A stretch of 64,000 bases of DNA from Thermoanaerobaculia bacterium (GCA_963664405.1 OY761158.1:2240001-2304000); one strand, 5' to 3'. Counted from the first letter of the stretch, positions 1 through 10,051 are shown. Program-made: numbers and translations. The notes: a model not told the origin generated them from the sequence alone.

Positions 1-1
1 T

Positions 2-469
2 CATCGCGGTAGCCGCGAGATCCAGCTCCACTTCCTCGGCCGCGGTCACACCGGAGGCGATGTAGTCGTGTTCCTGCCCAAGGAGAAGATCGCCTTCACC
101 GGCGACCTTCTGGTTCCAGGGCCTTCCTACATGGGGGACGCCTTCGTCGACGAATGGCTCGAGACTCTCGACCGCCTGAAAGAGCTCGACTTCGAGACCA
201 TCGCCCCCGGGCACGGCATGCCCTTCAGCGATCGGCAACAGATCGACAATGTCCAGGCCTACATGAAGGACGTATGGGACAAGACGGTAGCCCTACGTAA
301 AGAAGGCGCCTCGGCTCTCGAAACAGCACTACGTCTGGACCTGGGGGCCCACGAGCCCACTCTCGGCGCCTACACCTCGCCACTACTGCCGTCGGGAATC
401 CTCGAGCCAGGCCTCTACCCGGCTGCTGTCGAGCGCATCTACAAGGTTCTCGATGAGCGGGGTGATTGA
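2..469 (+). CDS. MBL-fold metallo-hydrolase (5'-partial)
   Basis: Frame open from the window edge: HRGSREIQLHFLGRGHTGGDVVVFLPKEKIAFTGDL...IAPGHG, matching the C-terminal MBL motifs GHT-x-GD, GD and PGHG. Confidence 0.85.
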   Translation, partial: HRGSREIQLHFLGRGHTGGDVVVFLPKEKIAFTGDLLVPGPSYMGDAFVDEWLETLDRLKELDFETIAPGHGMPFSDRQQIDNVQAYMKDVWDKTVALRKEGASALETALRLDLGAHEPTLGAYTSPLLPSGILEPGLYPAAVERIYKVLDERGD

Positions 470-483
470 GGCGCTGGTCTTTC

Positions 484-1179
484 CTACCAAGTCTCGACGG
501 AGGGACGTACGAGGTGCTCGAAGCTCCATGCCGACCGCGGCTGCTTGGTCAAGAACAGTGCCGCGTCGGCGACCGCGGCAGGCTGAATGAAGGCATCGTC
601 GGGATGGTCAGGGAAGTGCTCGCGAGCTTGCGGTGAGTCGACACCGCCATCGAGGATCAGGTAGGCGACGTGGACGCCTTTCGGTCCATAGGCCCGGGCA
701 AAAGACTCGAGCATGATGCGCTGCCCGGCCTTGGCCGAGGCGAAGCTCAGCGTATTCGCTCGTCCGCGAAAAGTAGCACCGGCTCCGATGGCGACGAAGT
801 TGCCGGAGCCCCGCTCCGCCATGAGCGGTAGTAGCCGCTTGCCGAAAGCGAAGCAGCCGCGTACGTTGATCTGCCAGTCATTCTCCAGATGCTCGACCTC
901 GAGATCGTCGAGAGCAGAGAATCGACCAGGCCCGGCGTTGAACACCACCGTGTCGACAGCGCCGCGATCCGCGAGGATGCGATCGAGAGTCGCACCAATC
1001 GAAGCCACGTCCGAGACGTCGCAAACATGGGCGCTGCCGCCAAGCTCCTCGGCGAGCTCAGCTGCGAAACCCGCACGACGAGCTAACCCCGCGACATGAT
1101 CGCCCTGTTGCGCGAAGGCGCGAGCGATGGCGGCACCATTGCCAGGGCCGACGCCGACGACCACAGTGGTTCTCTTCAC
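484..1179 (-). CDS. SDR family NAD(P)-dependent oxidoreductase
   Basis: VVGVGPGNG Rossmann motif, FNAG, FASAK in place of YxxxK, GVHVAY. Confidence 0.9.
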   Translation of the reverse strand: MKRTTVVVGVGPGNGAAIARAFAQQGDHVAGLARRAGFAAELAEELGGSAHVCDVSDVASIGATLDRILADRGAVDTVVFNAGPGRFSALDDLEVEHLENDWQINVRGCFAFGKRLLPLMAERGSGNFVAIGAGATFRGRANTLSFASAKAGQRIMLESFARAYGPKGVHVAYLILDGGVDSPQAREHFPDHPDDAFIQPAAVADAALFLTKQPRSAWSFEHLVRPSVETW

Positions 1180-1189
1180 AGTGAGGGGG

Positions 1190-1756
1190 CTAGCTCGCCT
1201 GCAGGTAGGGATCCAGATCCATCGCCGTCACCCCCTCCAGAACCTGGCGATTGCCGGGAAGGAGCTTGTGACGCCACACTGGCAGATAGTCTTCCATCCC
1301 CGAGATCAGCTCGTCGACGGTGAAGAGATCGAGGATCTTGTTGAAGAAGCCGAGCATCGCCATGTTGGCGACTTGTGCCGCGCCGGCCTGAGTTGCCAAC
1401 TCGAAGATAGGGATGCCGTAGGAGATGACTCCGTTCAGGGGTGGCGGGTCGAAGATCTTGGAGCTGTCCCAGAGGATCATGCCGCCGTTCAGGATGCGGG
1501 GCCCGTAGGACTCGTAACCATCGAGGTCGAAGGCCATCACGGCAGTGAAAGAATCGATGACCGGGTTGTCGATCGTCCCCTCCGAAACCACCAGCGTGCC
1601 TTCGACCAAACCGCCTCGAGTCTCGGGGTTGTAGTCGGAGGTGTAAGCCATCTGCCAGCCCTTGGCGGCGGCGGAATACCCCAGCGTCTTGAGGCAGGTG
1701 AGGACTCCCGCGCCCCCCTTGCCCGCACCGGCGATCCTTTCTACACGCATCGTCAC
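1190..1756 (-). CDS. 2-oxoacid:acceptor oxidoreductase gamma subunit
   Basis: IAGAGKGGAG, Y-x-PETRGG and ANMAMLG motifs of the POR/VOR gamma domain; overlaps the beta subunit stop. Confidence 0.85.
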   Translation of the reverse strand: MTMRVERIAGAGKGGAGVLTCLKTLGYSAAAKGWQMAYTSDYNPETRGGLVEGTLVVSEGTIDNPVIDSFTAVMAFDLDGYESYGPRILNGGMILWDSSKIFDPPPLNGVISYGIPIFELATQAGAAQVANMAMLGFFNKILDLFTVDELISGMEDYLPVWRHKLLPGNRQVLEGVTAMDLDPYLQAS

Positions 1757-2571
1757 TTCACCTTGATCGGTCGGTAGCCTTCCGGCCTGCTCTGCTCCCC
1801 CATGACGAAGTACTGCATGATCGAGTCTTCGATGAACTCGTTCGCCGACTCAGGGGTGAAAGTGACCCCGCCGCCCTTCCAGTTGACGTTGCAGTTGCCG
1901 AGGGCGTCGACGATCTTGATTCCGCGGTGGCCATCGATATGGACCTCGAAGGCCCTTTTTATGATGCGCTTGGCTTCGTTATATCGAGGTGCGGTGGTGA
2001 GAGCACAGCGTGCCGCATAGGCGACGCCGGGGAAGTGAGCCAGGGTCCGGATGATGTCCATCGGATAGCCCATCACCGACTCGTCTCGACCGCTCTGGAA
2101 GGTCGTGGTCGGCACTTCTTTGGTCGTCGTGGGCCCGGTCTGACCGCCGGTCATGCCGTAGGCGTTGTTGTTGTAGATGAGAACGATGAAGTTCTCCGCC
2201 CGGTTGCAGGCGTGCATCAGGCCGCTGAGACCGATGGCACAGGAGTCACCGTCGCCCGAATACTGAATCACCACCCGGTCCGGCAGCATGCGGGCCATAC
2301 CGGCGCTTACGTCACTGGCACGGCCGTGAGGACTGGCGACCGCATGCACTTTGAGAATCGCCAGCATCGATCCCCCGCAGCCGACGCCGGCGCAGAGGAT
2401 GGTCCTCTCCTGAATGCCGAGCTCATCGATCACTTCGGCGAGGATCTGACTCAGGGAGCCATGCCCGCAGCCCGGACACCAGGTCGAAGGCAGCCCGGTC
2501 ATGGTGTCGAGAGCGGCGCTGACCTTGTCGGCCGCTACGTCTGCGGGAGGCTGATAGATCTCAACAGTCAT
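1753..2571 (-). CDS. 2-oxoacid:ferredoxin oxidoreductase beta subunit (TPP-binding)
   Basis: WCPGCGHG, GVGC, HGRA, GDGD...NN..YGMTGGQ. Confidence 0.92.
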   Translation of the reverse strand: MTVEIYQPPADVAADKVSAALDTMTGLPSTWCPGCGHGSLSQILAEVIDELGIQERTILCAGVGCGGSMLAILKVHAVASPHGRASDVSAGMARMLPDRVVIQYSGDGDSCAIGLSGLMHACNRAENFIVLIYNNNAYGMTGGQTGPTTTKEVPTTTFQSGRDESVMGYPMDIIRTLAHFPGVAYAARCALTTAPRYNEAKRIIKRAFEVHIDGHRGIKIVDALGNCNVNWKGGGVTFTPESANEFIEDSIMQYFVMGEQSRPEGYRPIKVK

Positions 2572-2581
2572 CGTTCTCTCC

Positions 2582-3847
2582 TCAGTACTTGCCGACGTCC
2601 TTCACCACTGTGCTCTTGCGGATACCGAGGAGCTCGTCGACAACTCCCTGCACGCCCACCTCACCGCCCCATTCCCGCGACAGCCTTTCGAAGGAGTCTC
2701 GTCGCGCCGGAGCCATGCTGTCGGCGACGTGAGAGGCGACGGGATGCACGTCTCCGAACTCGCGACGCGTCACCTGTTCGCCGCGGGCGATGGCGTGGAT
2801 CGCCTCTTCGACTGCGCTCACCGGCACGGTCAGAGCGGGTTGGCCGAGAAAATGGACCGGACAGCGACCGTTGACCGCCAACCTGACGTCCACCAGAGCC
2901 TGCCCGAAGTTCATCTCGGTCACCAACACCTCGCGAGCCGTACCCGCCAGCTCTCCAAGCTGCTCTTCGGGGAAGGGGAAGATGGTGATCGGGCGGAAGA
3001 GGCCCGCCTTGACTCCCTTGGCTCGCGCTCGCTTCACCGCCTCCTTGGCGATGCGGGCCATGATGCCGTAGGCGACGACGACGATCTCCGCGTCGTCGCA
3101 GTGGACGGCTTCGTAACGCACCTCGCGCTGGCGCATCACCTCGTATTTGGCCTGGAGCTCGTAGCAGATCATGGTGTCGAGCTCGGGGAAGCGTGCCGCC
3201 GCCACCACGCGCCGGCCTTCGCTCAGCGGCTGGTCGACAGCCCAGGTTTTCTCCGGGATCTCGCGCTCTGGCACCGTAAAGGGCTGGAGAGTCTCGATCA
3301 TGTTCGACATCTTGCCGTCGATCGAAACGATCACCGGCGTCGAGTAGATGTCGGCGATGTCGAAGGCCTCGGCCGTCAGCTGGGCGGTCTCGGTGATGGA
3401 GTCGGGGACCAGCAGCGGCAGATGGTAGTCGCCGTTGCCCAGCCCCTTGAGCATACGGATATCCGACTGCGCCGGGTAAAGGCCTCCCGAGACGCCGACG
3501 TGCGCACGGGTGATCGCGCCAAGTACCATCGGTGTCTCCGCACCGGCGGCGTTGGTCAGGCCGTCGATCATCAAGGTCAAGCCCGGCCCCACCGATGCCG
3601 TCATTACCCGGCGCCCGCAGCAGGCAGCGCCGAAGATCGCCATGATCGAGGAGATCTCGTCGCCCAACTGCTGGAAGATGCCGCCGTGCTCGGGCAACGC
3701 CTGAGAGATGTACTCGAGGAGCTCGGTCTGTGGGGTGATCGGGTAGCCGGTGAAGTAGTCGAGGCCGGCGACCATCGAGCCAATGCCCATGGCGTGGGCG
3801 CCCATGGTCGGCTTGCCGATCGGCGGCTGGAAGCCGTTGTCCTTCAT
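2582..3847 (-). CDS. 2-oxoacid:ferredoxin oxidoreductase alpha subunit
   Basis: GYPITPQTE, DEISS, GPGLTLM, RPITIFPFP, EMNFGQ; start moved to ATG 3847, overlapping the ferredoxin stop. Confidence 0.9.
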   Translation of the reverse strand: MKDNGFQPPIGKPTMGAHAMGIGSMVAGLDYFTGYPITPQTELLEYISQALPEHGGIFQQLGDEISSIMAIFGAACCGRRVMTASVGPGLTLMIDGLTNAAGAETPMVLGAITRAHVGVSGGLYPAQSDIRMLKGLGNGDYHLPLLVPDSITETAQLTAEAFDIADIYSTPVIVSIDGKMSNMIETLQPFTVPEREIPEKTWAVDQPLSEGRRVVAAARFPELDTMICYELQAKYEVMRQREVRYEAVHCDDAEIVVVAYGIMARIAKEAVKRARAKGVKAGLFRPITIFPFPEEQLGELAGTAREVLVTEMNFGQALVDVRLAVNGRCPVHFLGQPALTVPVSAVEEAIHAIARGEQVTRREFGDVHPVASHVADSMAPARRDSFERLSREWGGEVGVQGVVDELLGIRKSTVVKDVGKY

Positions 3848-4125
3848 GCCACTTCCTCGTGGGGGATAGGTTTGGCGAAACGAAAGACTTCGATCGCCTG
3901 GTCGGGGCAGATCATCGCGCAGAGATTGCACGCCAGGCAGTACTCCATGCCCTCGACCGCAACCGGGATCCAACCCATCCAGTTCACGCTCTCGGGACCG
4001 GCTTTGACGATGATGTCCACCGGACAGGCGGGAATGCACAGATCACAGCCCTTGCAGCGCTCCTCGATGATGCGGATATACCCGCGCTGGGCCTTGGGTC
4101 TGGGTACGGGATTTGAAGCAGGCAT
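3844..4125 (-). CDS. 2x[4Fe-4S] ferredoxin (delta subunit)
   Basis: CKGCDLCIPACP and CLACNLCAMICP. Confidence 0.92.
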   Translation of the reverse strand: MPASNPVPRPKAQRGYIRIIEERCKGCDLCIPACPVDIIVKAGPESVNWMGWIPVAVEGMEYCLACNLCAMICPDQAIEVFRFAKPIPHEEVA

Positions 4126-4136
4126 AAAGATCTACC

Positions 4137-5108
4137 TTAACAGACGCGATAACGCGGCTCTTCGCCGCGCCCGGCCCTGCTGATGTTCTCGAAGCTCTCC
4201 TCGGCAACATAGCGAGTGCATTCGATGGTGTTGCCACCACAGTGGGGAGTAACGAAGCAGTTGGGCGCCTCCCACAGCGGATTGTCGAGAGGTACCGGCT
4301 CCTCGACGAAGGTGTCGACCGCCGCGCCGGCCAGGTGCCCCTCGTGCAGCACCGACGCCAGCTCGGCCTCGTCGAGAATGCCGCCGCGAGCCGAATTGAT
4401 CAGGTACGAGCCCTTCTTCATTCGCAATAGCTCTTTGCGCCCGATCAGACCCGCGGTCTCTGAGTTGAGAGGAACATGCAGACTGAGAACGTCGCTCGTC
4501 TCGAGGATCTCGTCGAAGCTGACCCGACGAGCGCCGACACTTTCTTCCGACGCGTCGGCCGGACGCTCTCGACCCGGCGCGCTGGCGGTCAGAATCTCCA
4601 TACCGAAGGCGCGGGCGCGCACCGCCACCTCATGCCCGATCGCCCCATAACCGAGGATCCCCAGGGTCCGGCCCCGGGCCTCGTGCATGCCGCTGGCGAC
4701 CAACCCGGGCCAGGGGAAGAGGCAGTCGCGCGCCGCCTGCTGAAGATCCGGAACGCGGCGCAGTATGTAGAGCATTGCAAGGATCACGTACTCGGCCACC
4801 GACACTGCATTCGCCGCAAAAACATTGGCGACCGGGATGCCGAGGCGGCGAGCTCCATCGAGGTCGATGCAGTCGAGACCGACGCCCACCCACTGCACCA
4901 GCTTGACGCCTTGCAGCCGCTCGAGGAGCTTTCCTTCGAGAGGGGTGTGCACCGCCATCAGCATGGCGTCCGCGTCCTTCAGCACGTCTTCGGTCATCTC
5001 CTCGGCGGAGTGCACAGTGCGCCTCTGCCAGTGCTCAGGAAAAGGAGGAATGATCGTCGGCAGCGGACCGGGTGGAAGGAGACAAATGACGTTCATGGAG
5101 AGCTCCAA
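4137..5108 (-). CDS. D-isomer-specific 2-hydroxyacid dehydrogenase
   Basis: GILGYGAIG, SLHVPL, INSARG, DTFVEEP, TPHCGG; the start may be ATG 5096. Confidence 0.9.
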   Translation of the reverse strand: MELSMNVICLLPPGPLPTIIPPFPEHWQRRTVHSAEEMTEDVLKDADAMLMAVHTPLEGKLLERLQGVKLVQWVGVGLDCIDLDGARRLGIPVANVFAANAVSVAEYVILAMLYILRRVPDLQQAARDCLFPWPGLVASGMHEARGRTLGILGYGAIGHEVAVRARAFGMEILTASAPGRERPADASEESVGARRVSFDEILETSDVLSLHVPLNSETAGLIGRKELLRMKKGSYLINSARGGILDEAELASVLHEGHLAGAAVDTFVEEPVPLDNPLWEAPNCFVTPHCGGNTIECTRYVAEESFENISRAGRGEEPRYRVC

Positions 5109-5257
5109 AGTAGACCGATCGGTATACTAACCTGCCCCTATCCCCCCGGACAAGCGTCAGAGAGTCGATCGAGAAAAGGAGGCTCCCGAGCATGACAGCC
5201 TAGGCCGGCGAGGACTGAGCGCCGACCGAGAGCGTTGTCCTTGATCCGGACCGAGAC

Positions 5258-6478
5258 ATGAAGGGAAGTGGCATCGATCGCGTCTGGCGGCGCAGCGAGT
5301 TCCGCGCCTACATGAGCGCGACCGGCTTCGCCGGCGTCTCCTTCGCGATGCACCAGCTCCTGGTTAGCTGGCTCTTTATCGGCATCCTCCTGCTCCCGGC
5401 CGATCGAGTCGGTCAGCTCCAGGCCCTGATCGGCATACCGGCAGTCTTTCTGATGCTCTGGGGCGGTGCGAGTGCGGACCGGGCCGACTCTCGAGCCCTG
5501 CTGATCCGCGTTTACGCGTTCGCTCCCCTGCTACCGCTGGCCCTAGTCGTCGTCGACCAGGCCCGCTGGATCAGCGTTGCGACCGTAACGCTCTGGGGGC
5601 TCGGAATGAGCGTCGTCATGGCCTTTTCGAGCCCGGCGCAGCAGGCCATTCTCAATCGTGTCTCCGGATCGGCGGTGCAGAAGGGTGTGACGGCAGCCAC
5701 CGCGATTCTCTTCCTGGTGCAGATCGTCGGTCTGACGGTGGCGGGGCAAATGGATCGTGTCGGCCTAACTCCCGTCCTGCTTGTTCAGGCAGCGAGCCTG
5801 GCGATGGCCGCGGTGATGATCCGTCGGGTGTCGCCGAGCCCCCCGCCGAGAGGCGCCGACACCGGCCCGGCTTGGCGCAATATCGTCGAGGGGCTAAGAG
5901 CCGTTCACGCCGACAAGGTCGTCTTCAACGTGCTCACTACGAACTTCGTTTCGAGCATCTTCAACGCCGGTGCCTTCACGATCGTGTTTCCCTTCATCAT
6001 CAAACGCATCTATGGCGGTGACGCAGCCCTTCTTGCGGGCATGATGGTGGTCTTTTTCGCCGGAGCCATGGTCTCCAATCTCGCCATGCTTCGCTGGATG
6101 CCTTTCGCCCATCCGGGACGCCTGTTTCTACTGATGCAGCTTTCGCGCATCGCGATCCTGTTTCTGCTGTGGATCGAGCCGAGCTGGTGGCTGCTGGTGG
6201 TCGCCACGGTCTCTTGGGGCCTCAATATGGGGGTGACCTCGACTCTCGCCCGCTCGATCGTCCAAGAGTCGGCGGCGCCCGGGTTTCGCGGACGAATGCT
6301 TTCGGTCTTCACTGTCGCTCAGATTGGCAGCGCACCGATCGGCGCCCTGGTGCTCGGATGGATCATAGAGACCTTCGGCACTCTCGACGCTCTGCTGCCG
6401 GCAATGCTTACCTCTCTGGTGATCTTTGTCTACGGCATCTCAGCAACCCGGATCTGGAGCTATCGATCGCATGAATAG
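5258..6478 (+). CDS. MFS transporter
   Basis: About 12 hydrophobic segments, motif-A-like GASADRADSR, FRGRMLS. Confidence 0.85.
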   Translation: MKGSGIDRVWRRSEFRAYMSATGFAGVSFAMHQLLVSWLFIGILLLPADRVGQLQALIGIPAVFLMLWGGASADRADSRALLIRVYAFAPLLPLALVVVDQARWISVATVTLWGLGMSVVMAFSSPAQQAILNRVSGSAVQKGVTAATAILFLVQIVGLTVAGQMDRVGLTPVLLVQAASLAMAAVMIRRVSPSPPPRGADTGPAWRNIVEGLRAVHADKVVFNVLTTNFVSSIFNAGAFTIVFPFIIKRIYGGDAALLAGMMVVFFAGAMVSNLAMLRWMPFAHPGRLFLLMQLSRIAILFLLWIEPSWWLLVVATVSWGLNMGVTSTLARSIVQESAAPGFRGRMLSVFTVAQIGSAPIGALVLGWIIETFGTLDALLPAMLTSLVIFVYGISATRIWSYRSHE

Positions 6479-6482
6479 AGGA

Positions 6483-6661
6483 CTAGACCAGCGTTTCCAA
6501 AGTTCGCACACATATCTCGGCCCCTTCTGCCCGCTGCCGGCGTTGGCTAGGCGCCCCCGCGCTCCTCGACATATTGCCCAATATGCCTGCGTCGGCGCGC
6601 CTGGCCAGCGAACAGAATGAGCTCGAGCTATGCAGCACGAACTCTGGAAACGCTGGTCTAG
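6483..6661. mobile_element. MITE family F1, copy 1 (179 bp, long variant)
   Basis: TIRs CTAGACCAGCGTTTCCAAAGTTCG / CGAACTCTGGAAACGCTGGTCTAG; near-identical copies at 34068, 40512 and 54675. Confidence 0.85.
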
Positions 6662-6794
6662 TGCCCGCTTCAGCCAGCCGTTCGACATCCGCACCACGCT
6701 GTTATGCTGATCACGACCGAGAGCAGACCTCAAACGAGCTCGTCGGCTCACCGTCGACAGGCCCACAGATCTCAACCAAAGAAGGTGTACGAGC

Positions 6795-7721
6795 ATGGAT
6801 TTCGGAGTTCAAGTCAACGTCTATCGGAGCGAGTGGGAAGCGGTGAGCCTCTCGGTGGAGGCCCTAGAGACCGGACCCTGGAACAGCGTCTGGTTTGCCG
6901 ATCACTTCGTGCCACCGGGCGCCCCTCTCGAAGAGGAGGATCAGACCGCCTTCGAAGGACTTTCCGCCATCGCATTCGCGGGTGGCATGACCAAGAAGCT
7001 GCGGCTCGGCAATCTGGTGTTGGGAAACACCTACCGCAACCCGGCCCTGGTCGCGAAGATCGCCGGCACTATCGACACGATGAGCGAGGGGCGGTTCACT
7101 CTCGCGATCGGCGCAGGATGGTGCGAGCGCGAGCACGAGGCTTACGGCTGGACTTTCCCCTCGATGAAAGAGCGGCAGGACCGTTTCGAAGAAGCAGTGC
7201 AGCTCATTCGGCTGCTGATCCGATCCGACGGGCCCGTAGACTTCGATGGCAAGTACTACCAACTCGACAAAGCGCCTCTATCACCCGGTTCCTACGAGGA
7301 GCCAATCCCCATCATGGTCGGCGGCTCGGGCCCGAAGCGCACTCTCCGTACCCTGGCAAGGTACGGCGACGTCATGAACCTGGATGGCTGGGCCGGCGGC
7401 GGCCTGGCGCTGGACTACTACAAATCCAAAGCTCAGATCCTCGACCAGCACTGCGAAGACTGTGGCCGTGATCCTGCCGAGATTCGACGAACCGTCCTCA
7501 TGCCCTGCTACCTGACCGAAAACAAGGGGCTCATCGAGCGCGCCGTCGCCTCACTCGGCCCAGGCACCGTCGCCGGCTCACGTCAGTACGTGGTCGATCG
7601 GATCGGTGAGTTCGAGGAGGCTGGCGTCGCCGAGGTCATCTTCGGCGCACTCAGGTCTGGGGATGTGCCGCGACTGAAGCAATTCGAGGAAGAAGTCGTT
7701 TCCGCGTTCATCTCTTCTTGA
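6795..7721 (+). CDS. LLM-class flavin/F420-dependent oxidoreductase
   Basis: VWFADHF, LVLGNTYRNPALVAK, GRFTLAIGAGW, PIMVGGSG. Confidence 0.9.
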   Translation: MDFGVQVNVYRSEWEAVSLSVEALETGPWNSVWFADHFVPPGAPLEEEDQTAFEGLSAIAFAGGMTKKLRLGNLVLGNTYRNPALVAKIAGTIDTMSEGRFTLAIGAGWCEREHEAYGWTFPSMKERQDRFEEAVQLIRLLIRSDGPVDFDGKYYQLDKAPLSPGSYEEPIPIMVGGSGPKRTLRTLARYGDVMNLDGWAGGGLALDYYKSKAQILDQHCEDCGRDPAEIRRTVLMPCYLTENKGLIERAVASLGPGTVAGSRQYVVDRIGEFEEAGVAEVIFGALRSGDVPRLKQFEEEVVSAFISS

Positions 7722-8391
7722 GGGTCAGGCTGACTCCGGCACGGACGATGGTCTCCAGATCAGGATTCGTGTTGATCGCCTCCATGTAGGCGGGATCCGC
7801 CATCTGAGGCGTGATGTTGTGAGCGACAACGAGCCCTCCGGGCCGGACCAAGGGCAAGAGCTTGTCGAGGTAGTCGATGTAGCCATCTTTGTCCGCGTCG
7901 AGAAAGACAATGTCGATAGGGCCTTTGACGGCGGCCACCTCTTCGTGGGCGTCTCCCTCGACCAGGGTGATGACCTCACTCAAGCCAGCCCGCTTGAAAT
8001 TCGCCCGCGCCGTCGCGGCACGTTCGGCATCGATCTCGAAGGTGATGAGCTTGCCGCCGGTCTTCTCCAGGGCCATGCCGAACCAGATACCGGAGTAGCC
8101 GGTCGATGTCCCGAGCTCGACCACGCTCTTTGCATTCATGGACTCCGTCAACAAGCGCAGTAGACGTCCATCCTCGGGTGGCACGTTCCTGAACCTCTGG
8201 TTCGCACGGATATCATCCAGGATCTCGAGGATCTTCTCTTCCCGATCGTTCTGGGGAACTGGAGGTCTCTCGAGCTCAGCATCTCCCGACCCGCCTCCCC
8301 CTCTGCCGCCGCCGCCACGGCGCGGGGAACGCTGAGCCGCAACGCTCGAGAACAGGACTCCGGAAATTGCCAAAGAGACCAAGCTCTTCAT
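7708..8391 (-). CDS. Class I SAM-dependent O-methyltransferase with N-terminal signal-like peptide
   Basis: VELGTSTGYS, VFLDADK, GGLVVAHN; hydrophobic leader followed by a Gly-rich linker. Confidence 0.85.
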   Translation of the reverse strand: MKSLVSLAISGVLFSSVAAQRSPRRGGGGRGGGGSGDAELERPPVPQNDREEKILEILDDIRANQRFRNVPPEDGRLLRLLTESMNAKSVVELGTSTGYSGIWFGMALEKTGGKLITFEIDAERAATARANFKRAGLSEVITLVEGDAHEEVAAVKGPIDIVFLDADKDGYIDYLDKLLPLVRPGGLVVAHNITPQMADPAYMEAINTNPDLETIVRAGVSLTLKKR

Positions 8392-8443
8392 CACTGTCGA
8401 CCTGGGGCTGCTTCCCATTTCACGCGTCTCCTCTCTTCGTCCG

Positions 8444-10051
8444 ATGAGCGATCGATCTTCTCTTCGATTCCGATGGTCTCACAAGAGCTGGCCGCTGCTG
8501 GTCGTACTCGCTTTCGGTGCCGTGTTCTGCGGCGCGCTGACGATGGAGTACGTAGAGGGCGACGACGCCACTTCGATCGTCTATCACGCGCTCGGGCGCA
8601 ACAGCGACCTGCAGTCGCCCTACGCCGTCTACCAGGCGGGCGCCGACCTCTTGATGCGACCCCTTCCCGCCTCGGAGCCGCTCCTGCGCATCTCCGCCAT
8701 ACTGGGATCGGCCACGGCTTCGGTCGTCTTCGTATTGCTCGCGCTGCAGCTCGCCTTCCGCTCGGATCAAGGCGAAGAAGCTGCACCGTCGCGCGCGTTG
8801 GTGACCTGCGCCCTGTTACTGGCCACTCCCGAGCTTTTCTACTTCGGGCTCTACTACTCACCGGCTATTCTCGGGCTCTGCTTCGTAACCGCCGCCCATC
8901 TGGTCGCGCGCGGGGCTAGAGAGTCCGGCTCGAGAGCCGCGGCTCGGCCTGCCGCCATCGGCCTATCGGTGGCGCTCTTTGCCGCAGGGGTGGCGCTGCG
9001 CTGGCCGCTGCTCGGCTACGGAGGTGTCATCGCAGCAGACCTGTGGCTCGGGATCTCAGCCTCCAAGCGACGCGGCTCAATGCGCAGCGCGCTCCTCTGG
9101 GGAGCCTCCGCACTCGGCGCCGGCTTGGCGGTCATCGTCATCGCCGGAGCGAGCTCCGGTCGAATTCCCTGGGGTAGCGTCGGGTTCGTAGCCGGGCAGC
9201 GGGGTGCAGCGCGCGGCGGGCTGTTCGAGATCGAGACCGCGCTCAGTTTGTCGCCATTCATCACGCCTGCCTTTTTGCTGCTATTGGCGGCCGGACTCAC
9301 AACCTCGCACGCCGGCCGATTGCGGACCCTGGCGCTACTCGCTGCCGGGCTGCTCGGCGCCGCCCCTTTCCTACTGACCGGGGTGCCCAAGTTCATCGCG
9401 CCGGCCCTGGTGCCCCTGATGCTGTGCGCAGCGCGCGGCTTCCGAGCTCTATGGACGGGCTCCGCGTGGGGCCCCGGCTTCCAGATTCGACCCTTCGACC
9501 GCAGCGCGAGCGACGACGCAACGAGGGTCGGCCTAGCGATCGGGGGCGGCGCCGCCTTCCCCACACCCGAGGGACCGCGCCCAGTTGGCGGCCACGCCTT
9601 CGTCCTTCTCGGCGGTGGATGGCGCTCCTTCGTGACAAGTCAGGCCGAAGAGCGCCGGCGACTGGTCGCGCGATCGATCGAGAGCGAGCTGCCGATCCTG
9701 ACTGCACGCTGGTCCCCCGACTTCTTCGCCGCCGAGCTGTTGCGCCGTGGCTTCACCACCCAGGAGCCGGCCGACGGTAGGTTCGACGACCGATTCGACT
9801 TCATAGGGCGCCGCTTCACCGACACCCGCGGCCGTCATGTGGAGCTTTTGGAGCGCGGAGTCACCGGCCCCCTGAGCGACGACGACTGGATTGCACTCGC
9901 CAGGACGGCAAAGGTCCACCCGCGGGTTCTGTTCCACGCCGCATCCAGCACCCTGCGGTCGTTGTGGAAGCGGGCGCCGACGGCCGTGGAAGGGATGGGG
10001 AGCCACTCCGCCTTGGTCGATCTGGAGGGGATCGGAGCTCCTTCGATCTGA
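8444..10051 (+). CDS. Multi-pass membrane protein (possible GT-C-like glycosyltransferase)
   Basis: Many TM segments, acidic EGDD motif after TM1, soluble C-terminus; the family assignment is weak. Confidence 0.5.
   Translation: MSDRSSLRFRWSHKSWPLLVVLAFGAVFCGALTMEYVEGDDATSIVYHALGRNSDLQSPYAVYQAGADLLMRPLPASEPLLRISAILGSATASVVFVLLALQLAFRSDQGEEAAPSRALVTCALLLATPELFYFGLYYSPAILGLCFVTAAHLVARGARESGSRAAARPAAIGLSVALFAAGVALRWPLLGYGGVIAADLWLGISASKRRGSMRSALLWGASALGAGLAVIVIAGASSGRIPWGSVGFVAGQRGAARGGLFEIETALSLSPFITPAFLLLLAAGLTTSHAGRLRTLALLAAGLLGAAPFLLTGVPKFIAPALVPLMLCAARGFRALWTGSAWGPGFQIRPFDRSASDDATRVGLAIGGGAAFPTPEGPRPVGGHAFVLLGGGWRSFVTSQAEERRRLVARSIESELPILTARWSPDFFAAELLRRGFTTQEPADGRFDDRFDFIGRRFTDTRGRHVELLERGVTGPLSDDDWIALARTAKVHPRVLFHAASSTLRSLWKRAPTAVEGMGSHSALVDLEGIGAPSI

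Noticed and set aside
6426-6846. Recurring small ORFs (LDQRFQSS..., MERRCILSS...), here and near 40436-40947, 54653-55056 and 60618-61100
   Set aside because: They are translations of MITE copies and lack SD sites or coding character.
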